From Ignavibacteriales bacterium (GTDB lineage Bacteria > Bacteroidota > Ignavibacteria > UBA10030), in assembly GCA_016186715.1 (NCBI GenBank), contig JACPLA010000100.1:157-64156 (forward strand): a DNA stretch of 64,000 bases, read 5' to 3'. This document shows, one piece after another, positions 19,232 to 30,300 of the stretch (positions within the stretch are counted from its first letter, which is position 1; each line of letters begins with the position of its first letter). Below the pieces are notes generated by a model, which did no database searches, had not been told where the DNA came from, and worked only from the letters and a program-made list of their open reading frames with translations. Made by a program: the position numbers and the translations under genes.

Positions 19232-22200
19232 TTATCGAATCCTTCTCCGGGTCAGATCCCCGAGTTCAAAGCCAAACAGCACATTAAAATAGAACCGCCA
19301 CTCTTTTCCATACGAAACGTCCACTCCGCTGAATTGCCTCGTGAACCGGTCGAACCCGTACGCTCCTGAGAAAGTAAAGCGCGTGGGGTATGCATAGAAC
19401 GAGAACGACTCGAGGCGAAGCTCGAAACCGGCGTCTTTTTTCCAAGCGTTGATATCCGGGACAGTCCCCGTCCACGCATTCCCGAAGTCCGTGAAGACCG
19501 AGGCGTAGAGTTTGGTGAAATAGAATTGGAGCAGCCTGAAATCCACGCTCCTCGTCAGCGGAAAGCGATAGCCAAGATGGACGGTTGCCATAGAATTTCC
19601 CCCGAGGGCATAGTACGGATACCCCTTCATTCCGAGCATCCCGCCGGCATAAAAATCGAAAAAGGAGTCGACGGTTTTTCCTAATATTCCGCCTCCCCGG
19701 ACACCCAGTGCCAGCCTATGGTGGCGGAACGGCAGGCTCAGATATTCGTTCCAGGAAATCTCGGCCCTCTGGAAGCTGAAGTTGACGTACTGCGGAACCA
19801 GGACACCATCTTCAACCTCGAACTCTCCTTCCGCATTGAACTTATTGAATTCGTATCCATAACGGAGCATCACCGACCGTCCTCGTGGATTGATCTCATC
19901 ATCGACCCCCGGAAGAATTCCATTGAAGCCCAGGCGCGCCGTGAGCGCGTTTCCAATGAAATACACATTTCGAAACCCAGCAACGAGCGAGTTATCGTTC
20001 GGATTAACGAACGATCCGATGTCTGCGCTGTAGCGGCTCAAGACATAACGAAGCTCAAGCTGCATCTTTTCATTCAGCACAGGATGCCGTGCAACGGCAT
20101 CGAACTCAAAGAGGTTGTAGGTGATCTCAGGCGTGATGGTGACCGGCGACGGGTCAAGGGTGAAGCTGGAAAAGGTTTTTCGCGAAATGCTGTACAGCTC
20201 GAGGGAGAGGGCGGGTTCAAGTCCTTTTCTCCAAATCCAAGGCAGCCGATCCCGATATTCAAGAATTACAAATAAATCTCGTTCGAAGTTCCGATTCAGC
20301 GCCGCTCCAGCAAACAAGCTGAGTTTGTTCAGAACATCGGACGACACCGCATACAGGCCCGGTTTCACGATGTCGATTCCCTTATTCTTCGGATTGTAAT
20401 TATCGACGCGGATAAACGGAATCAAGGAAAGACTCGTAAAGACATTCCGATAGGGACGCTCTTCTGCCGTCACGGTTTCGTTCAAACGCTCATTCCCCAA
20501 CATAACCGGCGGAGAGATGTTCTTTCCGGTTGCTGCAATCAGGCGAGGAAGTTGTCTGTCGATCGGTTTTCGAGATGAAGCCGGAAGGAGCGCGATCTTG
20601 TATCCGTCCGAGGTGTAGGTTGCAAATACCAAATCGCCCGGCGCGTTGACGGTAGGGAGGAACGCTCCTCCCAAAACATTTGTGATCTGCTCCGAGTCGC
20701 CTGTCTCAAGATTATAGGACCAGATATTGAAAATCCCCGTACGGTCTGAAGAATAGTAAAGGACTTTCCCATCGGGAGCAAAGAAAGGATTGCGACAATC
20801 GCCTTCGGCCGCGATCAACCGCATGTCGCCCCCGCCCTCATCAATCAGCCCCAGAGACTGACGGTGTCCGTCTGAATACCCAAACGCAATCGACGATCCA
20901 TCCGAAGACCAGACCGGGGTATAAACCTGTTCTCCATTCACGAACCCTGTGATCTTCCTGAACCCAGTACCGTCCGCCTTTGTGATTCCGATATTCATCG
21001 TTCCATCAGAACCGAAGGCAAACACGAGCTTGGCGCCGTCAGAGGAGAGACGCGGATTTTGGGCCCGTAGTCCTTCCGTGAGCCTGGTTTCTTCTTCCTC
21101 AGCAATGTCATACCGGTACAGATCATAGAAGCGAGACCAGTGAGGATTGTTGTGGGTTGCCTTGGCGTAATACAGCGCTGTTCCATCGGGAGAAAAGGAA
21201 ATTGCCGACCGAACTCCCTCCACGATCCGTTCCGATTTCTTCTTCTTTACATCATAACGATAGACAGAACTCTGCCCGAAGTAATCTCTTCCTTTATTCG
21301 AGACATATGCGACGGCGGTTCCGCCGGGAACAAAGACAGGATGGAAATTGCCGAAGCCTTCGGTCTCGATGAGAATTCCTTCGTTCCGGGTTTCCCCCAC
21401 CCGCTCCTGAACGGCCCGATATTGACTGATCCTGGTTTCCTTCCATCGCCGATACACTTCCAGGGCCGGAATTCCCAAGACAGATTCAATCGCGCCGTCG
21501 ATCGTCACACGGTGAGCGGAACCCAGCTCGCGGGAGATTTCCCGGAGTCTCTCAGCGCCATACTCCTCCGCAATGAACTGCACAATGGAAAAGCCTGCAT
21601 TGTAGGCCGATTCATTTCCGAGACTGTTCTTTCCGAAGACCGCCATCTCCTCCCATGAAAGCGGATTCCCATCGATCATGTACATCCGGAGTATCATATC
21701 TCTATGGCTGTCCCAGTAATCGAAGCTCAGTTCCGGATGATTATACTGGGCCGTTCCTTCGGCAAACCAGCTTGGAACGATAAAGGCCGAAAGAGGGTAA
21801 GACACAAGGACGTTCGGAAATCCGTAGAGCACGTCGGGCCGCCGTTCAGCTTCATATCCGAACCACTGAAAATAGACTCCCGGAATCTTTCGCCCCAACT
21901 TCATTGCCGTTTGGATCTGAATGATGTGCGTCAATTCGTGGGTGATGACATTCCAAAGCCAAGGGTGAATTCCCCTCAGCTCGAAATCCATGGAGGAGGC
22001 CCAGACCTCGATTTTGTTATCGTAGAAATACGCCGCGCCGTTGGAGTAATCGTCGTGATCGCGAAGAATGATGCTGATTTTTTGGTCCGGTTCGTGATGA
22101 TACAGTGTGGTAATGGGACCGTAGACCGCTTCCGCAATCTCGGTACTTAACCTGCCGGTTCGTTCCGCTCCTGTGTGGAAATGGACCAGGAAATGCTCGG

Positions 22201-22324
22201 TTTCGAGCGTTTTCCATTCCAGTTCCGTGTGGGGAAATTCTGCTGTCTGACCGGCCAGAGAATGGGGAAGTGCAGCAAGGAGAGGGCCGACGAGAACCAA
22301 TCGTTTCACAAGCACGCTGATCAT
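19232..22324 (-). CDS. Large secreted multidomain protein: N-terminal HExxH zincin-like domain + TolB-like (PD40) beta-propeller + C-terminal Omp85/surface-antigen-like beta-barrel
   Basis: Signal peptide MISVLVKRLVLVGPLLAALPHSLAGQ. HELTH motif at 21926-21940. Repeated PD40-like blades (SFSPDGTALYY, PRLSSDGAKLVF, PVWSSDGSSIAF, PFFAPDGKVLYY). The C-terminal ~350 aa form a Gly/aromatic-rich beta-strand domain. Confidence 0.7.
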   Translation of the reverse strand: MISVLVKRLVLVGPLLAALPHSLAGQTAEFPHTELEWKTLETEHFLVHFHTGAERTGRLSTEIAEAVYGPITTLYHHEPDQKISIILRDHDDYSNGAAYFYDNKIEVWASSMDFELRGIHPWLWNVITHELTHIIQIQTAMKLGRKIPGVYFQWFGYEAERRPDVLYGFPNVLVSYPLSAFIVPSWFAEGTAQYNHPELSFDYWDSHRDMILRMYMIDGNPLSWEEMAVFGKNSLGNESAYNAGFSIVQFIAEEYGAERLREISRELGSAHRVTIDGAIESVLGIPALEVYRRWKETRISQYRAVQERVGETRNEGILIETEGFGNFHPVFVPGGTAVAYVSNKGRDYFGQSSVYRYDVKKKKSERIVEGVRSAISFSPDGTALYYAKATHNNPHWSRFYDLYRYDIAEEEETRLTEGLRAQNPRLSSDGAKLVFAFGSDGTMNIGITKADGTGFRKITGFVNGEQVYTPVWSSDGSSIAFGYSDGHRQSLGLIDEGGGDMRLIAAEGDCRNPFFAPDGKVLYYSSDRTGIFNIWSYNLETGDSEQITNVLGGAFLPTVNAPGDLVFATYTSDGYKIALLPASSRKPIDRQLPRLIAATGKNISPPVMLGNERLNETVTAEERPYRNVFTSLSLIPFIRVDNYNPKNKGIDIVKPGLYAVSSDVLNKLSLFAGAALNRNFERDLFVILEYRDRLPWIWRKGLEPALSLELYSISRKTFSSFTLDPSPVTITPEITYNLFEFDAVARHPVLNEKMQLELRYVLSRYSADIGSFVNPNDNSLVAGFRNVYFIGNALTARLGFNGILPGVDDEINPRGRSVMLRYGYEFNKFNAEGEFEVEDGVLVPQYVNFSFQRAEISWNEYLSLPFRHHRLALGVRGGGILGKTVDSFFDFYAGGMLGMKGYPYYALGGNSMATVHLGYRFPLTRSVDFRLLQFYFTKLYASVFTDFGNAWTGTVPDINAWKKDAGFELRLESFSFYAYPTRFTFSGAYGFDRFTRQFSGVDVSYGKEWRFYFNVLFGFELGDLTRRRIR

Positions 22325-22989
22325 AGAACCACGTTGACCCTTGTCAAGAAATTTTCCTCAACGTTCACGAGAATGCTTTTCACTGTGGTTCCCGCCTTCA
22401 GCTCAAGCTCAACCCGTCGGCCGGTGGCGTGGAGGCCCAAGAATTGATCCGTCAGGCTGTAGAGCGGTATCCCCGTCTGTGCCAAGGGAAGACTTTCCTG
22501 AGGAATGATGAATCGCCCGTTGACGTCCGACGTCGCTGAAACCGTCCCGTGAACAAGAACGACATACGACGCTCGTTCGGATCCTCCGGCGTGGTACTGA
22601 ACCGTGTACTTTCCGCCGGCAGCCTCGGAACCATCTGCCAGGCGTCCGTCCCAAAGAACCGTGATGACCGAGTCGGTGACGAGGCCCGAAAAAACGGTCC
22701 GGATGATGCGGTTGGAGGCATCGACAACCCGGACCTCGACAGACTCGCTGGAGGCCCGGAGAGCATAGGAACGCGACGGCTCCGGAGTGTTGCTTTCGAA
22801 AATGAATTCATAGAACAACCGGATTTGAACCTGTGCTAACGGTCTCCCGAGCCCATCTGAGACCGTTCCTTCAATTCGAAACCCGTTAATCGGTTCTGTG
22901 TCTGTTGAAAGGGGAATCTCTCTCTTGCAACTCCAGTGTACCAGGAGCAACGCCCAAACAGTCCCTCTGACAAGAGCCGATGTTCTCAT
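22321..22989 (-). CDS. Putative lipoprotein with CarbopepD_reg-like and FlgD-Ig-like beta-sandwich segments
   Basis: N-terminus MRTSALVRGTVWALLLVHWSC, a hydrophobic signal ending in Cys. GTVSDGLGRPLAQVQIRL resembles the carboxypeptidase regulatory-like fold. VLWDGRLADGSEAAGGKYTV resembles FlgD-Ig/CTD-like motifs. It is translationally coupled on both sides. Confidence 0.55.
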   Translation of the reverse strand: MRTSALVRGTVWALLLVHWSCKREIPLSTDTEPINGFRIEGTVSDGLGRPLAQVQIRLFYEFIFESNTPEPSRSYALRASSESVEVRVVDASNRIIRTVFSGLVTDSVITVLWDGRLADGSEAAGGKYTVQYHAGGSERASYVVLVHGTVSATSDVNGRFIIPQESLPLAQTGIPLYSLTDQFLGLHATGRRVELELKAGTTVKSILVNVEENFLTRVNVVL

Positions 22990-22994
22990 AGAGC

Positions 22995-25900
22995 TTACTT
23001 CACAACGGCGATCTTAATAACGACGGATTCCCGCTTCCCCGATCCCTGTGCCTCCAGCCGGGCCAGGTAGATTCCACTCTGAATGTCCTGCACATTCCAG
23101 GTCAGCTCTCCGTCGACGCCTCCGGCTGATTCTCCGCGCAGCTCGGTGATGGAGCCCCCTGCGACATCAAAGATCTTGACCGATATACTCGCGGGTTCCG
23201 TCGTATAGTAACGGATACGGGTCAGCGATCCGTACACAGGGTTTGGCCAGTTGTAGACGCGGTCTTTCGGCAGGAATTCCGTTGAGAGAGGAGACAAGAC
23301 AAGTCCAGAGCCGTCATAGAAGTTGGAATGGCCGGCGTCATTAAGAAATCCCGACCAATGCTTTCGCAGTGCTCCCCACGAGACGGCTGACTCCCACGCC
23401 TGAACGGCCCCGGATGGGCCTGCGACAATCAATCCCAGACTTCCCGATCCTGATTCATAGAGAACCAGCGATCCGTCCCCGGGCGACGCGGCCTGAAAGG
23501 GAAACGACGGAAGCACGCTCCCGTTTCGATCATACCCGAACACGGTTCCGGAACGTGTGAGACAGACCAGGTCCTGATAACCGTTGCCATCAACATCGAT
23601 GACAACCGGCGTTCCCACAAACACATTTCCTCCGGAGAACTGCTTTGGAAAGAAATCCAGCGTTGTCCCGTTTTCGTTGAAAGCATACAGACGTGATCGG
23701 GCAACGACCACAATATCGAGACGACCGTCGCCGTCGACGTCGGCCACAATAATTTCCGAAACCGTGTCGGAAACCGAGATCTCAAATCGTTGATCCCCGG
23801 TTGGATCGTAGGCGGCAACCCTGTGACCGCCCTCCTCCGCCACTGCGAAGATCGCTCCGGTCTGCGAGTTTCCCGCAGCAAGAAGCCACGGTCCTCCACC
23901 TCCCAGTTGGGTCTCATTTTGATTGCGGAACAGCGACCCGCCGCTTGTGAACGTGACGGAGCCATCGGCGCTTGTCCCGCGGGCCAGCCGTTTTACCGCG
24001 CCGCGTCCCGTCGGGAAGAAACTCTGCACCGTTCCATCCAAGCCGACCTTCCAGACGGTCCCCGATTCATCCCCGACAACGACGAGCGTTGTCCCTGCAG
24101 AATCGACCATCATCGGTGGCGCCGTGATCCGATTCGGAACAGCGACAGTGCGAAGACCGACGCTGTCATAGACTCCATCGCCTGTGTTGTCCCACAGCTC
24201 CCAGATCCGCAGCGTGCTGTCCTCCACACCGGCCACAACCGTGCGCGCCGACTCAAGTCCGGCCAGAGGAAACTGACTCGGGGACGCTGAGAGGAGACCC
24301 GCTGGATCCGTGACACCGGATGAACCGTTTTTCTGAAACACAAAAATCCCCTCGGCCGATGGTACGAAAACAGCGGAGTTCATGACAGTCGGATTGCCAA
24401 GCTGCGAGGGCGATCCAAGAGACATCGTCAGCGGCCCCGGCCGAAAATCTCCGGACCCCCGGTCCACCGTCATGACTGCGCGTACAGATTTTGCAGAGAA
24501 CTCTTTCATAGAGATGAAGCTTCGTGCTCCCGCGTTGCTGTTGCTCGACGGAATCGAGGTCTCGCTGAACTCGTTTCGATACACGGGTGCCGGGTTCCCG
24601 GCGAACCACGCATCGGGGGGCCAACCGTTCTCCGTCCCGCTCCCGGCCTCAAGAAACTCATATGGCACCCCGATGTCCTGCGAACCGTCGGCCTCTTCCA
24701 GATCAACGCCTCGTCGTTCCGGATCTGCGTTCACCGAGTTGGAAGCCAGGCCGGCCTCAATGATATCTTCATCGACATGCCAGATCAAAATTCCGCCCCC
24801 TTCGAACGATTGAAGAGACATATCGCCCGAAATCGCCCAATCGAAATCCTCGACGTCGATCAGGGACCCCGTGATCCCCCTGACATCGTTAAAGAAAAAG
24901 CCAGTCGTGTCGCGTTCGTAGTGCCGCGTGACGGTCACTCCGTTTTGAATAAGAGTCACCATCTGACCGTTCCCAAGCGGATCCCGGCTCCTGTTTTCAA
25001 CGAGGAAATACTCCCTGTGTGTTATCGGGATCTTGTAAATCGTGTCGTTGCCAGCTGTCGTCAGGCCGACGGCCGGAAGAATGAGCGATGAAGCCCCCGC
25101 GGCCGGGATGGTGGGGGTGGTCCAGCCGAGGTAAACTTTTTCCCATGCTGAGGGTTCAGGTGGAAACAATCCGCTGTAAGCGAAAATCGCCGCTCCGTCC
25201 ATCAGGCCGAATTGACCAATCCCTGATCGGCCCGTGCGAGTGTCGAAGAGATCCGGCAACCCAAGGAAACTCCCAAATGACGCGGCAAGCAGCCCGTTGA
25301 TGCTCAGCTGGAGAGTATCGCTTCTGCTTCCCGAGGTGAATACGCGTGTTTCGGTTTCAGGAAGAATCATAGAATTCGTTATAAAGAACGACCCGCCGTT
25401 CACAGGGATTCCGGGGAACGCAGGGTCGTTCAAAAGGTCTCTCATCGACGCGAGGTTCAGCGTGACGGAGGGAATGTCTAATGGTGTGGGATCAAATCCA
25501 AAGATGCCGACCAGATCGATGTCCCTGCCGACGCCCGCATGAAATATGATGAAGCCTTCGTATTGCGAAAACGGGAAGGCGGGGTTCAAGTCATTCGCCG
25601 CCGACCAGCTGTCAACAACGAGCCGCGCCAGAGGTTCGTTTGGTCCTTCTCTTGGGGGGGAGTATACAGCCATGTTTTCGGCAAGGGTCACGACAGGACC
25701 AAACAGGTCGGCGCTGATGAGAACCTTGCCGTTGGAGACTTTTCTGAAGTAATTCTCAAGAAAGCGCAGTTTACCGGTGAAATACGATGCATCGTGAGGA
25801 GGCGGATCGATTTGATCCGGGTTTCCCGGGGCGGCAAACGTACCGTCGCCGCTGGTGCGGGAATCCGAATCGCTTTTGAATTCGACCATAAGAGCGAGGA

Positions 25901-26045
25901 CACGAATCGTATCCTCAGCCTGGAGCCGGGGGGAAACAGCGGAGGGAGAAGAAAGCCGCACCCTCGAAAGCGGGCGTTCCTTCGGTTGGGAAAGACCGCC
26001 TGTAAACAAGACAGATAACGCGAAAGCAACAGAAAAAACCTTCAT
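22995..26045 (-). CDS. T9SS cargo: M6/InhA-like pseudo-metallopeptidase (HExxH replaced) + FG-GAP/VCBS beta-propeller repeats + T9SS C-terminal sorting domain
   Basis: Signal peptide MKVFSVAFALSVLFTGGLSQ (ATG at 26043-26045). M6 landmarks are present: GLLAASFGSFLGLPDLFDT aligns to the family's HEFGHxLGLPDxYD block, and SAWEKVYLGW, YFLVENR and ILIWHVDE also match. FG-GAP repeats VADVDGDGRLDIV and VIDVDGNGYQDLV. C-terminal domain ...SVKIFDVAGGSITELRGE...GIYLARLEAQGSGKRESVVIKIAVVK. Confidence 0.75.
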   Translation of the reverse strand: MKVFSVAFALSVLFTGGLSQPKERPLSRVRLSSPSAVSPRLQAEDTIRVLALMVEFKSDSDSRTSGDGTFAAPGNPDQIDPPPHDASYFTGKLRFLENYFRKVSNGKVLISADLFGPVVTLAENMAVYSPPREGPNEPLARLVVDSWSAANDLNPAFPFSQYEGFIIFHAGVGRDIDLVGIFGFDPTPLDIPSVTLNLASMRDLLNDPAFPGIPVNGGSFFITNSMILPETETRVFTSGSRSDTLQLSINGLLAASFGSFLGLPDLFDTRTGRSGIGQFGLMDGAAIFAYSGLFPPEPSAWEKVYLGWTTPTIPAAGASSLILPAVGLTTAGNDTIYKIPITHREYFLVENRSRDPLGNGQMVTLIQNGVTVTRHYERDTTGFFFNDVRGITGSLIDVEDFDWAISGDMSLQSFEGGGILIWHVDEDIIEAGLASNSVNADPERRGVDLEEADGSQDIGVPYEFLEAGSGTENGWPPDAWFAGNPAPVYRNEFSETSIPSSNSNAGARSFISMKEFSAKSVRAVMTVDRGSGDFRPGPLTMSLGSPSQLGNPTVMNSAVFVPSAEGIFVFQKNGSSGVTDPAGLLSASPSQFPLAGLESARTVVAGVEDSTLRIWELWDNTGDGVYDSVGLRTVAVPNRITAPPMMVDSAGTTLVVVGDESGTVWKVGLDGTVQSFFPTGRGAVKRLARGTSADGSVTFTSGGSLFRNQNETQLGGGGPWLLAAGNSQTGAIFAVAEEGGHRVAAYDPTGDQRFEISVSDTVSEIIVADVDGDGRLDIVVVARSRLYAFNENGTTLDFFPKQFSGGNVFVGTPVVIDVDGNGYQDLVCLTRSGTVFGYDRNGSVLPSFPFQAASPGDGSLVLYESGSGSLGLIVAGPSGAVQAWESAVSWGALRKHWSGFLNDAGHSNFYDGSGLVLSPLSTEFLPKDRVYNWPNPVYGSLTRIRYYTTEPASISVKIFDVAGGSITELRGESAGGVDGELTWNVQDIQSGIYLARLEAQGSGKRESVVIKIAVVK

Positions 26046-26154
26046 GACCCTCCGCCGGACTGCAACAGGATGGGAAGAACGGACCGACACCCTAGTGTCT
26101 CGACCTGCAGGACGCGGCACGATTTCTCTTACAAGGTATTTCTTAGACTCGACA

Positions 26155-27267
26155 CTAGAACGGGGATCCTTCCCACCGTATCATCAGAGTGAAGCGGAGT
26201 GTTTCTCCTAAGGGATGCTTGTCTTCAAACGCATCAATGTAGCTGAAGTCGAATCCGTACACATCATATCGGAGTCCGGCCCCGTACGTCATGAACTTGC
26301 GATTTCCGTATTGCGGATCTTCATAAAAATACCCGACGCGGAGGGCAATCAGCCTGGGTGACCCATACCAATATTCAAATCCCATGCTGGTCACAATGTC
26401 GCGCAATTCCTCACTCAACGGTTTGTCGATCCATGAATAGTACAGCGCTCTGTAAAATGGGTCTGTCTTTCCCTGGCTGTTGCGACGAACGAGCAGTTTG
26501 CTGAAATCAAGGATGTACGTCAGGTTGTTGAACTCCGACTGGATGGCATCAACTGCAAACCCGAGTCGAAAGTTCATCGGAAGGGGATCTGCCTGAGCTT
26601 CATCGATGTACGTCAGGTTCGGACCGATGTTCGAAACGTTGACACCGATGCTCAACCGATTGCCGAAATCGATATCTGTAAAAGGGATCATGACGATCCT
26701 CGGTCTGTACATCAGGCCGAGGTCGAAGCTAAGCCCGGAGGCGACGCCTTTGCCCTTCTCCTCCGCCGTTCCAAACGGAGCCAGCCTGCTGTGAATGAAC
26801 CGCACATTGACACCGAGAGCCAGTTCGTCGAAAACCATGGTAGCGTAGCCCGCAGTCAGGGCAAACTCATATCCTTTGAACCTACCGATCTCCTCAGGTC
26901 CGGTCGGGGCCGTTCGAATGAATTCGCCAAGATTGAGATATGTGAGGCCCGCCGAGATTGTCCCGTCCAGGTCAGGAACATTCTGCTTGTACACGGTATG
27001 AGCGATCCAGAGGTCTGAGAGTCCGAACCCGGGGAGCCAATTGGCATGAGACAATGCGACCTCGGAACCGGTCTGATACGCGTAACCGGCCGGGTTCCAA
27101 AACTGCGCCCACACGTCATCGGCAAGACCGGCACCCGCTTCTCCCATTCCGCTTGCCCTCGAATTCGGGGCGATGAGGAGAAACGGAACCGCCGAGGTGG
27201 ACACCTGAGCCGATATCTCGAATGTCATGACGATGAGAAGAATCGGCAGAATGATTTTCTTCAGCAT
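26155..27267 (-). CDS. porV: Type IX secretion system outer-membrane shuttle protein PorV (LptO)
   Basis: Signal peptide, then the PorV-family N-terminal signature PFLLIAPNSRASGMGEAGAGLADDVWAQFWNPAGYA. About 370 aa beta-barrel. It sits immediately downstream of porU. Start chosen at the ATG 9 nt after GGAGG; an alternative ATG is at 27276. Confidence 0.75.
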   Translation of the reverse strand: MLKKIILPILLIVMTFEISAQVSTSAVPFLLIAPNSRASGMGEAGAGLADDVWAQFWNPAGYAYQTGSEVALSHANWLPGFGLSDLWIAHTVYKQNVPDLDGTISAGLTYLNLGEFIRTAPTGPEEIGRFKGYEFALTAGYATMVFDELALGVNVRFIHSRLAPFGTAEEKGKGVASGLSFDLGLMYRPRIVMIPFTDIDFGNRLSIGVNVSNIGPNLTYIDEAQADPLPMNFRLGFAVDAIQSEFNNLTYILDFSKLLVRRNSQGKTDPFYRALYYSWIDKPLSEELRDIVTSMGFEYWYGSPRLIALRVGYFYEDPQYGNRKFMTYGAGLRYDVYGFDFSYIDAFEDKHPLGETLRFTLMIRWEGSPF

Positions 27268-27348
27268 AGACTGCATCCTCCGTGGAAACAAGGTCCCCGC
27301 GAGGGGACGGTTTTGATGATACCAGAATTATTTTCCATTTTCAATACT

Positions 27349-30300
27349 CTAGCGCAGGACCGTCAGTTTTCCGATAACTTCTTCAGAAGTACGACGATCG
27401 GAAGACCGGGTGACAACTTTGTAAAAGTACACACCGTTGGCGATCGGGTCTCCGTTCTGATCGCGCCCGTCCCAGGGAATCCGGACAAACCGGTCGACAA
27501 CGGAAAGCCCTTCTTGAATTTTGACCAGTCTGCCCGCAAGGGTATAGATCTTGACTTCGACGTCGATAGGATCCGACGAATTTCGTTGAAAGGTGAACAC
27601 CGTCGACCGCACAACAGGATTGGGGAAATTAAAGACATTGTAGATTTTCAAATCCGATACCGCGCGGACATCAAAGGCGATTTCCTCCTGAGCCGAATTG
27701 TTGTAAATATCCCATGCCTTGACCTTTAACGAGTGTCCTCCTTCCGAAAGATCCCGAAGTTGATAACGGACTTCTCCGCTCTGATACGTGTCGAGGTCTC
27801 CACGATAGAATGGGGTCAGATCAATGGACTGAGGTATTCCGCTGAGGGTGGCCTCAAGCCGGTGTCCGACACTTGCCGTCGATGTATTGATCCCGCTTTG
27901 GTCGAACAGTTTCACGAGAAGCAACGCATCCGGGGACACGACATCGCCTGACCGGAACGACTCATCATCGAGAAACACCTGCAGGAGAGGCCCCACGCTA
28001 TCGACGGCTGCCGCGGAATCTGTACCGGCGATCACGATGTTCTCCGTATAACCCACGGCATCGGATGAGGAGGACCGGGCATAGACGGAAATGCGGGCCC
28101 GGTTGTTGTCATACGAAACGTCCTTGGGAATGGGAACTGTGGCGCGGAACTTCCCCTGGTTGACGCTGATCTCACCGCGATACAACAGGCTGCCATTGAC
28201 TTCAAAGGAAAAATTCCCCCATTCCGGGACGAACACCCTGCGTTTGGAATCGAACATTTCCAGGAGCGCTCGTCCGGTGAAATCGCCCGACGGAGATCCG
28301 TCCGGTCGGAGAACAAGCCCGTTGATTTCGATACGACTGAGCGCGCTCACCTGGACGAGAGTCGATAACGGAGCGCCGTCGATGCTGTCCACACCTGCAA
28401 ACGTCGCCGGGAGATTTAGTCTCATGGTAGGATCAGCAAAGAGATGGTACTTAATGTCGTTGACACCGGAAAGTATTTGTTTCGTCCGGTACATGGCATC
28501 AACGAGTCTCCGCGGTCTTCCATCCGGATCACGGGGAAACAATTGCGCATAGAGCGTGTTGTTGAACTGTGAATTCTGAAACGAATAAACAGCACGGGAT
28601 GCCGTGACGACACCGATGGCGCCCCCCTGAGCCATGGTCAGTAACAGTTCCCCTGCACTTTCTTCAGCCGGATCGTCATAGCGGGCGAAGTCACAGGTGG
28701 CCGCAACAAGAAAAAAGGGTTGGGTGTAATTTCTGAGCAGGGGCAAGCTGGCCTCACGAGTGAAAATTGCCTCGTGGGCCCAGAGCTGCGGGTTCCCGTG
28801 TCCGGTATAGTTAAGAATAAGCGTCCCATCGTTGATGGCTTCCACGATCGCAGTGTTGGCTGTCGGTTTTCGCCGACCTGCCGCGCTGTTGACCGTCGGA
28901 TACTCCACGATAAAGATCTTCTTCTTTTCCACAATTGCGGGCGTAAAACTCTGCGCCAGGACCTCGGCCTGAAGCGTGTGAATGCTCCCGTCATCCCTTG
29001 TCGAGGTCAGGCCGTCATCCGCGACGTATGTGACGCGATTGCGCCACGGCTCCAAGGGTGCGGTTGTTTCATACGCAATGATCTTATCCACCGCAGCCCG
29101 TGCCTGCCCGAGTGAATTGATCGGAAGGCGACCGATCGCAACCGAAACCTTTGTGTCGCCGGGATTCAGTATGCCCAGATGATCGTCACTGGCATAAGAA
29201 AGGATCTGAAACACCGATTCCAGCGTTTCGTAGGGAGGGATCCAGTTCCGGTTGGAGGCCCGGATGTTTTTGTAATCGTAGTGGCCGTCGCCGAACAGCA
29301 GGACATAGCGGACCGGAACGCTCCAGTTCCCTCGTGTGGAAAGAAGAAAATCCCTGACCGCCAGCGGGTCGGTGTTTCCCCCCGAATACTCATTGACAAT
29401 ATTCTCAATGTCCACAACCAGGCACGTCAAGGAATCTCCCTGTTCGCGATGGGCCGCAAGACGATCCGCTTCGGACCGAAATTCTCTGGGCGTAATGATG
29501 ACGAACTCAGCCCCCGTTGTGAGACCCTGGAGGTTTGTATTCTCCACTTTCCGGACGTTCGTCGGCACAAGGAAGCCGTTCGGACCTATGGCAAGAAACT
29601 GGCGGACGCCTCCCGCGGTCTGCGGCGACTGAAACGCGCACATTCCCGGGTCGATCGGATCGACGGTCAAATTCGTGATTCTCACAACACTGTCATGGAC
29701 GCTCACATCGAAGACATTCACGTCTCGGCTGGAAAAACCGGAGACGCGATATTCCATGACGCCCGTCGTATCGGGCGACGAGAACGCGATGAAATCATTC
29801 AGAGCCTCAAAACGTCTCCGATACAGGATTTCAAACCAATCAAGCCATCCGTTTGCTCCCGACGAATTTGCCGAAAAACTGAACCGAAGAATGCTACGAT
29901 CGTCGGGCAACGTGACCTGGCGCGAGATCGTGGTCAACGGAGCCCGATATGCCGCGTTGCCTTCGATGTCTCTTACATCGATCCCCAACGTGATGATGGG
30001 ATTCCCAAGGGGTTCTCCATTCTCCTCAATCTGGAAAGACTCGTTTGTCAATGAACGCCCCAGAAACAGAAACCGGTAGGTGGTCGGTTTCGCGGAGACG
30101 AAGCCCGGAAGGAGAGTTGTGTACACCGCCGTCCTGCTTTCGGAGTCAAAGAGCGGGCCGAGCCACTGCCTTCCCGAGTGGATGAGATTGTTCCGTTCTT
30201 CCTCCACAAAGACCTTTTCCTGAAAATCTTCGACGAACGGACCGGAGGCATTCCCGGATGCAACGGAATCCATCGACTTCCCCGGATCACCGCCAAACGT

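Noticed and set aside
22995-26120. Calling the M6-like CTD protein an active immune-inhibitor-A-type protease
   Set aside because: The HExxH zinc-binding/catalytic motif is specifically substituted (AASFGS) while surrounding family motifs are intact, so I annotate it as a likely inactive homologue.
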